DNA from: Dimorphilus gyrociliatus
Lineage: Eukaryota; Animalia; Annelida
DNA: 64,000 nucleotides
Direction: 5' to 3'
Assembly (NCBI GenBank): GCA_904063045.1
Contig: CAJFCJ010000007.1
Span: 2,983,404-3,047,403 of the forward strand
The notes under the pieces were generated by a model, which worked only from the letters and a program-made list of their open reading frames with translations, was not told where the DNA came from and did not search any database. Both the position numbers and the translations under genes were made by a program. Positions 52,509-64,000 of the stretch are shown in pieces. Numbering within the stretch: position 1 is the stretch's first letter; each line of letters opens with the position of its first letter.

Positions 52509-52861
52509 AACAATAATAAAAAATAAGAAAAATTGAATGATATTTTTTTACTATTTGTTTGTTTATTTGTTTTTATTTTGTCTAATTAAGTATTTCCATT
52601 AAAAAGTTGTATTTTTTCTTAATTAAGTTGTTTTTCTCTTTAAATATTTGTTAATGATGATAATAATGACAATAATAATAATATTTTATGAAAAAAATGA
52701 TTCGATTCTTTTTGTCTATCAATTTTCTCATTCATTATAATTTCTCTTAAGGAACACAACTAAAAGTTCTTTGTACGCATTAATATATCCTTCTTTTTTT
52801 TCTCATACGCCAATTATGGGGGCAGTTAGTAAAATCTAACACAAATTATCTTCAATAGTCT

Positions 52862-55300
52862 TTAATAAACCAATATTGGTCTGTTTTTAGGTTCGGTTGT
52901 TGATTTTAAGATATAACCTATTGCTTTATCTTCGTTTTTATCCTGAGTTTTAAGCCGTTTTACGTCGAATTCTGCAAAGTCTTTATAACTCCAATCGCCA
53001 ACGGTATTATCCCACTATTTGTAATGTATCTTAATTAGATTTGCATAAAATATATAATGATTTTATTTTAGCTTACCGATGATGTTATTATTCGATTAAG
53101 CGATGGATGCCAAAAAGCATCCCGAACGACGTCTTTGTGACCACGTAGGTAACGTAGAATCTCTCCAGTTAGTACGTCATATACTAATAATCAAAATAGA
53201 AACTTGAAATAAAGCAAATGTAAAGCTAATTGTAATGAATATACTGCATAGAGATCCATCCGCGGAACCAGTATAGATATATCTCTGTCCAGTTGAATAA
53301 CTTGGCGAAAAACGGCATCTCATTAAAGTATTTAGCACTTGATGTCCTCTATAAGTCATAACGCACTTGTCTCCCTTTAGTGCTGTTAATCCTCTCTTCA
53401 CTTTATAAAAAGAAGCAAACTATATAGTTTATAATTAGTAATATTAAATAAATAAATATTTTACATGGTCGAGGAACAGCTTGCCACCTGTAATCCCAAT
53501 TATTCTGATTTAGGCACGCTGCTGTTTCCTATTGAATGAGAATTAATTAATTAATCTAGATTATATATAATATATACTGAAAAACTTACTTCTATCGAAG
53601 AACTTGGAGAAAATTTTCGAATGTCCCAAAGTTTAATTGTTTGATCTTTAGAATTAGAAATTAGATAGCGCGCATCACCCTATGCAAATACATACAATAT
53701 GATTATACGGGTATAGAGGATTGGATATAGTTTAACAATTAATGAAAACATGCTTTGGTTAAAATGTAATTCTTGGAAAGAAATCTCCAAGATCCTCTTA
53801 CCTTTGAATCAATATAAGTAATTCCATCGTGATGACCTGCGAAAAGGCCAACAGGAGCTGGATTACTTTCTTTCAAGGTTCGTCTGTCCCAGACTTTAAC
53901 TAGGCCATCGTCGCCTCCTGTGTATAATATATGACAGCTTTCATCGGCAAACATTACCGCATTTACATCATCGCTATGAGATTGAAGCTTAAAACGAACA
54001 AGTAAAGAAGAGTTATCATTTCAGAAAAGACAGATAACTTTCCATACTTACAGCTAAATATCTCTTCTGGGCTTCAATATCATAAGCGTAGACATAACCC
54101 GAATTACACCTAAATTCCAGGAACAACAGTCAATAAACACCTTATAGCCTATTCAAAAAATATGTACAAACCCGCATAGGATTTGAGAATTAGACTTTGA
54201 AAATTTCAAAGAAAATATGCAAAAGTGACTATAATAATTTTCAGAATTGACTGGCATGGCTACATGACTACCATTATCTAAATCAACCATATGAATATAG
54301 GCTGACCAACTGGAATATATAACCCTTGATCCGTCACCCGCAAAATCAACATCAACAATGCTCCAACCAACATCCTTAGCCGTTATAGTATCATAATAAT
54401 CAAAGTTCCCTCGCCTAACTTTGTAAAGCCGAATCTTTCGATCCTGACTGGCAGTTAAAAGAGTTTCGCCATCTGCTGAACAAATTCCACAAAATACTTT
54501 CGATCCAACATCCGAAATAATATCCATATAGCACGGTAATCGCAAATGTCGCATATGAGTCATATGATTTCGGTTTAAGTTTAGTCTACCTAGTTGGACC
54601 TAACAATAGGGGATATATTTGAAAAACTACTTTAAAATTATTATACCCTTTGTTACCTGGTGAATCAAATGAGGAATTTGTGACCAATTTTTCCGATCAG
54701 ACGGTGATATGACTGCTCTTATTGTTCTCCCAAAATCGGATTCCTTATATTAAAGATAGGAAATACAACTTAATCATAATTAACCTCTATACGAATTATT
54801 TTAATACTTTACCTGAGTCGTGTGAAGGCTACTTTGTCGCTCTGTAACAAAAAGGAAAAGACATTAAATAGATTTCTAATCTGCTTAGCTATCTCCTATA
54901 TTAATCTGTTATTCTCACAACTCACTCTTCTGTTTGAAAGGCACATCAGGATGCTGGTATCTTTTATCTTTCTTTAGGATTCGATCATATTTCGTTAACA
55001 ATTCTTTTGTCGAATGTTCAAGGCAGCGTAATTCGTAGTATCGACTAGTATAATTGGTAAAGAATTGAAAAAATATGATATAAGTTTGCACTAAGATTTC
55101 TTACAGGTCGGGGATTTTTTCTGTTTTATGTTTAGATAGTGATTTTGCATCGTTTAATTCTATGTCCTCTTCTGCAGACGAATCGCTTGATGAATCTGAC
55201 TGTAATATTACATTTCTAAGTATTTTTCGTAAAATTATAATTGTATACATACGCATGTCTTCATTGAAGTGAGAAACTCTTGAAATGTTGGTCTTAGCAT
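52862..55300 (-). CDS. DCAF11: DDB1- and CUL4-associated factor 11 (WDR23), WD40 protein
   Basis: SQDRKIRLY...DVGWSIVD...YSSWS, HSDDVNAVMFADESCHILYTGGDDGLVKVWDRR, GHHDGITYIDSK, SKDQTIKLWDIR, YRGHQVLNTLMRCRFSP.YSTGQRYIYTGS and VRDAFWHP. The start exon is inferred (ATG at 55300). Confidence 0.93.
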
Positions 55301-55506
55301 CCTTTTTTGATTAGAGAATCGATTAAGTAGATCTATTATTTTAGTCTCCTGAAAGATTAGCTTAGATGATCATTATTTGTCATTAAACTATTAAATTCTT
55401 TCGCAATTTACAGCTGTTTATTTACTAGTGGAAAAACGTTCAGCAGGGTTTAGAACGGTTAGCACAACAGATCGGTCACGTACTGTATGGCTGATTTCAG
55501 ATCGTT

Positions 55507-55544
55507 GATTGGTTAATGTATATTGTCAATTCATTGGCGGGAAA
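55507..55544. promoter_or_regulatory. CCAAT box plus E2F site in the DCAF11 upstream region
   Basis: GATTGG at 55507-55512 and TTGGCGGGAAA at 55534-55544. Confidence 0.4.
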
Positions 55545-56013
55545 TACAAATCTAGTAAATATGATTGCAAGTCTCAACTTTACAAGAAAAACCAAGATTT
55601 TTTTACTGCAAAATATATTTATTAAATTCAGTATGAATTATTAATTAATTTTAATTGATTTGATTAAATCACAACATAAATCTGTTTAAGCTCGTTGCCA
55701 GTACCAACTGAAAAGTTTATTTTATGGGTCAAAACAAAGTTATTATCATATAAATTGTGTCAAACACGTATGAGTTATATTTTTAAGTATTACTGATAAT
55801 AAGTAATCATCTTAACTTTAACATCATAAGAAATACATAAACAAAAAATGGATTATAAAATTAGCCACCTCTCGTTCCGTTTTAAGTAATACCCTGTCTA
55901 AAAAACACAAATAGCAGAGTGAGTCATTCATTTAAATTTACAGAACAAAAAATATTGTTTATGTGAACTTTAGATGTCTATAGGCAAATTGTCAGAAAAA
56001 GGAGACAATATCT

Positions 56014-56868
56014 TTAAGATTTCTTTACAGGTGGTTTCAAAATATTTCTTGCTCGTAATGATTTTACAATAAAGGGTGCACAAGTAAGTGTGATACCAAT
56101 TCTTACAGGCGCAAACAGCTTATGAATAGAATAAGCGACAACGAATGTACTAGCTCCGGCTAGTACCCCAGACTCCAGTAGCTTTTCCTTAAAGCCTAGT
56201 GCTTGGAGAGCGCTTTCGACTGGAACACCTAAAGAAACTAAACTGTAAAAACCCCCCAATGAAACTAATGCGATGCCAATATGGAATACTACCACTGTTG
56301 AACCATAATCTCGTACAGCCATCTTCAATTTTTGGCCGGAGGATAGTGCTTCCTTTTGTTCCGGTGGCGAAGGGGATGATGGTGGTGAAGCCGAAGTTGA
56401 AAAATTCTTAGATGGATGTGTACTCTGAATCTTATTGTACATGAATTTCTCTCGTTGATGAGATCCTCCACCTGGCATATTTAGATGTGTCGGATTGCCT
56501 TTTTGAGAACTACAAAATGGTTCCGGTACGTTACTTTGCATAGTTGAATACAAGTTAACATTTGATTGCGATCGATAAGCCGAAGTATAACTACTGTCAT
56601 CTGATTCGTTGTTTTTTTGCTCTTGAATTCCTTGCTGAGCCTGATGATCAACTGATTGTCCACTTAGTTCTCTTGTTTTTGAGCTAAGAAATTCCATCTC
56701 TCCATGCTCTTGTCCTTGGAACCCTTCAACAACAAAAGGTTTCGAAATGGGCAACCCTTCGTCATTTGAAGACTTCCAAGATTTAGGTACGAATATTAAC
56801 TTCGATGTGCATCTTTCAGCAAGAAGTTTGTTGCCCGAGCGGGCCAAAATATAGCGAACGGAGAGCAT
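56014..56868 (-). CDS. FAM210B: FAM210B-like (DUF1279) mitochondrial protein, single exon
   Basis: QKLKMAVRDYGSTVVVFHIGIALVSLGGFY...ASTFVVAYSIHKLFAPVRIGITLTCAPFIVKSLR. Basic presequence-like start MLSVRYILARS. Confidence 0.9.
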   Translation of the reverse strand: MLSVRYILARSGNKLLAERCTSKLIFVPKSWKSSNDEGLPISKPFVVEGFQGQEHGEMEFLSSKTRELSGQSVDHQAQQGIQEQKNNESDDSSYTSAYRSQSNVNLYSTMQSNVPEPFCSSQKGNPTHLNMPGGGSHQREKFMYNKIQSTHPSKNFSTSASPPSSPSPPEQKEALSSGQKLKMAVRDYGSTVVVFHIGIALVSLGGFYSLVSLGVPVESALQALGFKEKLLESGVLAGASTFVVAYSIHKLFAPVRIGITLTCAPFIVKSLRARNILKPPVKKS

Positions 56869-57259
56869 ATCGAACCAAAACACCGCCAACTGGTACAAAA
56901 ATCGAAAATTGTTATGCGCAGGCGCGGTACTGTAAAACTGTCTCGTGGTGAGCACTCGCCAGAAGATGTCGTTACTTTCGATACGGGATTTGTCGGCGAA
57001 AAATTGCTCAAATGAGCTGCTTTTGTGTATTCAATATGATAAATCTAAACTCGTATGAGCCTTGCAAAAACAAGCTCGACAAACCCCAGTCAAATACATA
57101 ATATTTGAATGTTTTTTTTAAATTCAACAAACAAGTGTAGGCCTAAGTCTAAAAGAGTATAGGTCATGCACGTTTTGACATTGCCAATTGTTTACGGCAA
57201 CATAAACACGTTACTTTATTTAGGAGCAACTAACAAATTCACTATTATAAAACTAATAG

Positions 57260-59289
57260 CTAGATTTCCTTGTCGGCTAACCACTGCTTTACATTCTTTA
57301 TCTGTTCTTCAACTGACTTTAGACTAGTACCACCGTAGCTTGTATATTGCTCTACAGATTGCTCATAGTTCCAAACCTTTAATACGGTTTCGTCGAAATT
57401 TTGGCTGTAAAAATATAATAAATGAGATAATATATAATATATCCATTATACGAGTCTAAGTATTTACTTAATTCCTTGAAAGTCAGACAACGTCAATTCA
57501 CTCAACAAAACTTTCTTCTTCTCAGCTAACGCAACACATTTGCCAGCCATTTCATGAGCTTCTCTGAACGGAACGCCTTTGCGAACTAAAAAATATGCTA
57601 AATCGGTTGCAAGCATATCAGCACTCAGTGCTTTAGTACAAGAATCTTCATTCACCTAAGGATATTGAAATAATATATGCATACAGATGTATATACTGTA
57701 TATATTCATAGTATATGTACCGTTAGTGTGTGTAAAACTGCTCCACTTATTTTAATAACCGATTGCATAATACCAAAAGCTTCAAAAATACTTTGCTTGT
57801 CCTCTTGTAAATCTTTATTGTAAGTCATTGGTAAGCCTTTAACTATGCAGCTCATACTTGTTAACTGAAATTGCAATATTGCATTTAAAGTTATTTAAAT
57901 TTTTCGTCTTATTAAAACTTACTAAACCATAAACACGACCAGCTTTTCCTCGAATCAATTCTAACGAATCAGCATTCTTCTTTTGAGGCATAAGACTGCT
58001 ACCAGTACTAAAAACAAAATAACAATAAGCAATTGAACTAAATAGTTAGAAGTAAGTAAATCATTACCTATAGGTATCTGATAATGTTACAAAAGAAAAT
58101 TCCTTTGAGGAGTATATAATTAAATCCTCGGCCCATCGACTTAGATGCAGAGAGGTCATACTCGCCCATTGTAAAAATTCAACTAATCAAACAAGAAGTT
58201 GTTAAAAGAGGATATTGAATAACAGAGTTTTTTAATGATTTGGGAAGACTTACGAATAGCATCTCTACTACCAACTGTATCCAAACTGTTATCGCTAACA
58301 GTTTCAAATCCTAATTCCTTCGCCAAGAATGCTCTGTCAACACCGAAAGGATTACCAGCAAGAGCTCCGCTAAAATTTTTATGAAATTAAACAAGAGTGA
58401 TCCTTTGTAAGGTAAATTTTACTTACCAGCCCAGAGGGAGAACATTTACTCTTTTCCTTACTTCAAATAGTCTTTCTAAATCTCTTTTCAATTGAAAAAC
58501 GTAACTGTGAAAGGAAGATTGTGCGTTGACAAATTGCTAACAATTTGAAAAGATTAATTTATCAAACCATAGAATCCAATGACTCCATCGAATCGGCTGG
58601 GCTCTTTGTAGATGTGTATAGCCGGGGAATATAATATTTTTATCTTTCTCTGCTCTTTTAAGAAAAAATTTAATACATGTTGTAAGCTCTTGAGATAAAG
58701 TATCGATTGCATCTCGAAGCCATAGACATGTATCTGTCATTGTTTGATCATTTCTACTTCTTCCAGTATGGAGTTTTCCTGCTACGGCACCAATTAACTC
58801 TTTTAGCCTTCTTTCATTGGCGGTATGAATATCTTCATCTCCACTTTTAATTTCAAAAGTATTATTGCTCCATTCTTCTCCTACCTTTTATAAAATATCA
58901 TGAGTAGAACTGTGATATTTTTAAAGGTTTTATTTTACCTTATCTAACCCGTTTACCAAGAGTTCACATTCATTTTCAGTGATCAAGCCGGTTTTTGCAA
59001 GTGATTTTGCGTAGGCTTTACTTCCCTATTTTATCAATTCTTATCAGAGAGTAAAAAACGGTTAAGATAAATTTACTTTCAAATCAACTTTCCATAAGGT
59101 CTTATCGTAATGAATAGAGTCGTTTAGAGCTCTCATAATTTCATCAGGTTCGCCGTCAAACCTACCTCCCCAAAGTCGGTGTTCTTCGTTCTGTTGAAAT
59201 TGATAAGAATAGTAAAGAAATTAAAAGATATCAAAGAATAAGCAAAAAGGTATCTTCTCTAGATTAGAAATACCAACTTTTCCATTCAT
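57260..59289 (-). CDS. ASL: Argininosuccinate lyase (multi-exon)
   Basis: [100 protein letters not shown] and YGGTS. Confidence 0.97.
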
Positions 59290-59726
59290 TTCCTGTAGTT
59301 AAGAGTGCAATTCAACTTCTCAACTACTTTTACCATGAACACGTGCAATATTTCGTCATATCCGGTTAGTTACTGCGCCACCTTTTGTTAGATTATGTTA
59401 GACGCCTCTCTTTTTTATAATAGTTATACCGACACAATTGGCCTTAAGACTGTAGTTCTTGGAAACGATTTATCACCAAGATTATATATTATATTTAAAT
59501 ACTGTATAGTGTAGAAAATTGGAATTTGACGTCATTTTGCATATACGAAATTATTTATGTAACAGATATATAATTCAAATGCTGAGTAAAATTTAATAAA
59601 AACAGGTTTTTTGATAGAATTTATTTCCTATGACTAAACATGAAGGGTTGTGGTAAAAATTTAAAATTAATTATGAGTCCAAAAAAAAGGATGAGTTTTT
59701 AAAACAAATAATTAATTCGGTCCTTC

Positions 59727-60353
59727 TTAGATCTGCAAAAGTAATGGCTTTAGTTTGAGTGTCATTTCATATTTTTAGATAATTTACCTGATCGATTTCA
59801 TCGACTTCGTCCTCAGAGGAGTAATTGTCAAATTGTACTAGTTCTTCCTCCTGTTCTCCTTCCTCAATTCTGACATTTTCAGGTATTTCTCCGTAGTTAC
59901 GTAAATTCCTAGCTTCATCAGCTGTATACTTCATAATTACGTCGGCTTTTGTATCTTGATAGTCCCGTAAACCAACCAAAATAATGTCTGATTGATTTAT
60001 CCATACCTAAAATCATTATGCAATATTATGAAAATCCCATGCTTTTGCAGCTAACATACTTTTTTCCGTAATTTTCCTCGAATGTGGCAAAGTCGCTTTA
60101 TTCCATCAAAACAAAATGCCTCAAGTCTGCCGTTTCCCAACATTTTAGTTACTTGCGCGTATTCCTGACCATCTTCCTTGAAAATCAGTTCTCGCTTTTC
60201 ATTCTCATTTTCATTCTTTCCCCTCCTCCGATTTTTACCTCCCTTTCCTAAAAAAATACATTTATTATTACTAAAACGAATGGGTTGTTAAGATAAAAAT
60301 ATCTCCTTTGTAAATACTATAATTTCAGGATAATAACCTTTATTTTTTGGCAT
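59727..60353 (-). CDS. EIF1A: Eukaryotic translation initiation factor 1A
   Basis: MPKNK|[44 protein letters not shown]...[11 protein letters not shown]|[18 protein letters not shown]...IDQ|I*. Confidence 0.98.
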
Positions 60354-60459
60354 GCTTGTTAGATCTCGAATACGATATGGAGATATTAATTTTTAATCGA
60401 TTTTGTTATGAAACTAAAGAGATCGAATCGATTACAAAATCGCTTTCTTATTCGATTGA

Positions 60460-60488
60460 CCAATGAACGGAAGTAAAATCGCCATTTT
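60460..60488. promoter_or_regulatory. NF-Y / ETS / YY1 cluster in the eIF1A-PPCDC head-to-head promoter
   Basis: CCAAT at 60460-60464, CGGAAGT at 60468-60474, CGCCATTTT at 60480-60488. Confidence 0.55.
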
Positions 60489-60986
60489 ATATCATTCCTC
60501 ACCCACTCTCTTCTACATGCTGTGCATGAAAACAGACCTCAAAAATTACAAAATTTATAGGTTATGAAGAGTAAAATTTTATTTTGAAATAATAGGAAAA
60601 ATGGATAATTTTTACGAAACTATTTGTTTAGGGTTTCCTGTTGGAGCTCTACAATATGACTCAATAATTTTTTTACGCATCAAGGTTCTTAACAAGCGAC
60701 ACAATATTGCAGTATTAATTTAGGCAATATAGGACATAATTCAATTTATTAATTCACTTTTTAGAAAATATCGTTCTGAAATAAATCGTATTTTATTTTG
60801 TAGAAAATTCAAAAGTTTTCGAAAATACATTTCTGAAATTGATTTAAAAAGAGCTTTAAATAACATTTAAGTAATAGATTACAATGTGTAATATAAGTAT
60901 ATAATACAAAGATTTATTTGAATACTTAAGCGGTATCCCTAATTAGTTGTTTCTAATTATTATAGATAATCCAAAATAGCAAACAG

Positions 60987-61797
60987 ATGGAAAGTGACCC
61001 TTCGCAAAAGCATATTCTAGTTGCTTTTACGGGTAGTGTAGCAACTATTAAAGCTGAGGAACTTGTTGAAAAATTACTGGAGATTGGAAATGTAAATTAT
61101 AAATTAACTAAGCTATTCTATAAGTTTAATACGTTTTTCAGACAGAAGTACAAGTAATCTGTACAGAACGTTCAAAACATTTTGTAAATACTGACCGTAT
61201 ACGTGTACCTGTATTCGATGATAACTTGGAATGGACAGTAAGCAATTAAGTGCTTTTGCACAACAAATTATAATTGCTCATTTATTTTATAGACTTGGAA
61301 AAACCGAGGAGATCCGGTTCTTCATATAGAACTTAGAAAGTGGGCAGATTTATTACTTATAGCTCCTATCGATGCCAATACACTTGCTAAAATTAGTAAT
61401 GGATTATCTGATAATCTAGTGGTAAGTAAAAAGCTATTTATTACATTGTTCTATTGCATTATTTATATAAATGATTTTATCTTGAAAAAAAAACAAGACC
61501 TGCGTCGCCAGAGCTTGGGATTTTACAAAACCATTTCTCTTTGCACCAGCAATGAATACTGCAATGTGGAAACATCCTATAACATCAGTTCACGTTAATA
61601 CTTTAAAATCGTGGGGATTTCAAGAAATTCCTGTAACATGTAAAAAGCTTATGTGCGGCGATACAGGTAAAAAAGAATTCACTAAAACACAATACAATTA
61701 GGTTTAAACAAGAATATTAAATTTTATTACAGGAGCAGGAGCAATGGCATCTATTGATGATATTGTCAAAATTGTTCGCGAACGTTTATTTAATTAG
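60987..61797 (+). CDS. PPCDC: Phosphopantothenoylcysteine decarboxylase (HFCD flavoprotein), 5 exons
   Basis: HILVAFTGSVATIK, PVLHIELRKWADLLLIAPIDANTLAKISNGLSDNL, ARAWD...FAPAMNTAMWKHP and KKLMCGDTGAGAMA. Confidence 0.96.
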
Positions 61798-62166
61798 AAT
61801 GTTGCGTTTGTTTCGTTGTTTTACTATCAGAAAAAAAATATATCTTGTTTTTTTAAAAAAAAAATAGAAGGGGAGAAATATATTTGATTATTCACTAACA
61901 AAACACCAGATACGTCTATAGTATTATAATTATATTTGTTTAAAAGACAATTGTTTAGATAATTATAGCAAAAAAGAAAAATAAGACACTCGAAAGAAGA
62001 AAACAAGAAATTTAGCCTATTTGAAATAAACATTAACAGTTCCAAAATTAGAGCTTTTGTAGTTTTATATATTTAGGGTGATATGTATTAAAGAGTTATA
62101 TTGATATTTTCCTTAGTTATCGGCCTAGTTTTGAAATTTAACAATGTTGATTTTATTATTAACATC

Positions 62167-63452
62167 ATGAAAATAACAATTTCTTCATTTTATGGCTTAA
62201 AGCGATATGTTAAGTGCATTCTAGTTCTAACAATATCGGTATTCTGTGTTATTATATCCTATTGGTACGGAGGTGGAGATTGCTCAGCATCTTCGAAATT
62301 GATAGATGAACTGGTAAATTGACTGAATACTCTTGCAACATGAAGTATAAAAATTAAAAATATCCTTTCCAGTGTCTACAATATAACGAAAAGCATGTAA
62401 TAGGTGAACTCTGTGCTAACATCTGTGAACCGGATTTCATTCCAAACTCATGTATAAGTTCGTACAATGGTCAGTAATTTTTTAAATTTACAATATAAAC
62501 TGATATATAATCATTTTTCCCAACAGATAAGACTATCATCTTCGGTCAAATTGATGGAAATGATATAGTTATCAAGAAAAAACCTCTACAATTCGAAATA
62601 GATCTAAATGTTGCAAATAGTAAAGATTTTAATAAAATAATAAGCGAATCAACTCTAATAAATCATAACATCAATCTTAGTGAAAACGTAGATATTTCTG
62701 AAGCTTTGATAAGCAACTGTAAATCACAAAATAATGAAAAGAGCTGCAAGAAGATAGCATGGACGTTACACTATCAAACAGAGTATAGCCTAATGAAATT
62801 GTTACCTAATCAATTTTTTCCAATTATTTATAATAATTGCGGAAGTTTTTATTGTGTTGAAAAGACTTTTCTACCTTTCTATATAAATACTAGTTTGAAA
62901 TCAATGGTAAAGCTATTCTTGTATCATAAGTTGTCGAGGACTGAGCATGTTGAACGTTTAAAAATAGCTTATCAATTTCTAGAAATGGTCTCTTACTTTA
63001 AAAGTAATTTTACGGAAGAATTGCATATTTGTGATATAAAATTTGATAATTTTGGATTAGTTTACAAAAATAATAGAGATATTCAGTTAAAAGTAATTGA
63101 TTTGGATTCGGCCTTCTTGTCAACAAAACTATACGATACATTTGAAATGATTAATTGCTCGGATAATGGTCAGTGTAAGTTATTCGACTGTTTAGGTTAT
63201 TGTGACAAACAGGCTGGAAATTGTAAAAGGATAAGAAGAAATGATAATTTACAAGTTATATGTCTCAAAATTTTTCTTTCTCACTTTACTAACCTATTTT
63301 CGGGTTTATTAAGTATTAACAAAAAGGATATGGAAGATCTGATAAAAATTATAAACGTTTGTTCTAAATCAATGACCGCTTTCAACAAACTACATCAGTT
63401 AAAAAATTCCATTACAAATGTACTGCATAAATTGGAACATGAAACCAGTTAG
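62167..63452 (+). CDS. DIPK1: Divergent protein kinase domain 1 (FAM69/DIPK1), type II membrane secretory-pathway kinase-like
   Basis: N-terminal TM followed by CLQYNEKHVIGELCANIC, LHICDIKFDNFG, LKVIDLD, C..N.QC.LFDCLGYCD and NDNLQVIC. Three exons. Confidence 0.88.
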
Positions 63453-64000
63453 CGAATCCCAAGAGAAATAAACTTTCGTTTTTGTTTGTTTCTTATCTTT
63501 CCTTCCAAAAAAATTTTTTTAATTATGTTTCTTTTTTTCTAAGTAAATGAGAAACGAAAAAAAAATGATAATTTACGACTTTAGTTTCCGATATTTTGTA
63601 ACAGATTAACTAGATAGTTTTAAACTTAAATTTTTATTTTGTTAGAGTACCAACGACGTTTATTAGACGTCTGAATTACGAACAATGTACAATACAATAT
63701 TCTGTAAAATAAACATTAATGGCACGGAATAAAAATCAAATTAATTTATCTCTTTAACAGATGCATTCTAGTCCAATTTTTAGTACAAAATTGTTCTTTA
63801 ATTTTAAAGATTCGTAAAAAAAAATAGAGAAAAATCGGTGAAAAATATTTGGAAACTGTAAAATAAATGCTAGCATTGCGACTCATCATCGCAATTAGAG
63901 GAAGTTATCTTTTCACGATTATTGGAAACTCCTCTAAGATACTGTAGACTATATTTTTTCAAAAGTTCTTTGCACCTTCCAGTATCATTTTGGTATGATT

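Noticed and set aside
1-64000. Prokaryotic systems (CRISPR, operons, IS elements), TTG/GTG starts, alternative genetic code, rRNA/tRNA
   Set aside because: The window is spliceosomal eukaryotic DNA. The non-ATG ORF starts are artefacts of reading into introns, conserved genes translate with the standard code, and no repeat-spacer array, transposase/RT ORF or structural RNA signature was seen.

Overview
This is AT-rich animal genomic DNA, not prokaryotic. It is gene-dense and most introns are only about 50-75 nt (GT-AG). That fits a miniaturised lophotrochozoan genome such as the dwarf annelid Dimorphilus, but the species is inference only. Walking the splice sites by hand gives 14 genes in this order: the 3' part of a polycystin-1-like gene (+); a complete giant polycystin-1-like gene (+, 33 exons, about 6,106 aa); CCDC148 (-); a neuropeptide-type class A GPCR (-); HNF4 (+); a secreted, GPI-type aminopeptidase P (-); an orphan type I membrane protein (+); KNDC1/v-KIND (+); DCAF11 (-); FAM210B (-); ASL (-); eIF1A (-); PPCDC (+); and DIPK1/FAM69 (+). 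The standout is the giant polycystin. Its ectodomain carries four C-type lectin-PAN-discoidin supra-modules, a fibrinogen-related domain, an F-type lectin, three copies of an unrecognised Cys domain, PKD repeats and REJ. Its GPS autoproteolysis site is dead, but a furin-type RKKR site sits upstream. Two other highlights are a Spire-like KIND-WH2-WH2 cassette inside the v-KIND RasGEF and several phase-compatible alternative first exons of HNF4. I saw no rRNA, tRNA, CRISPR array or intact mobile element. Domain calls come from motif recognition, not database searches.
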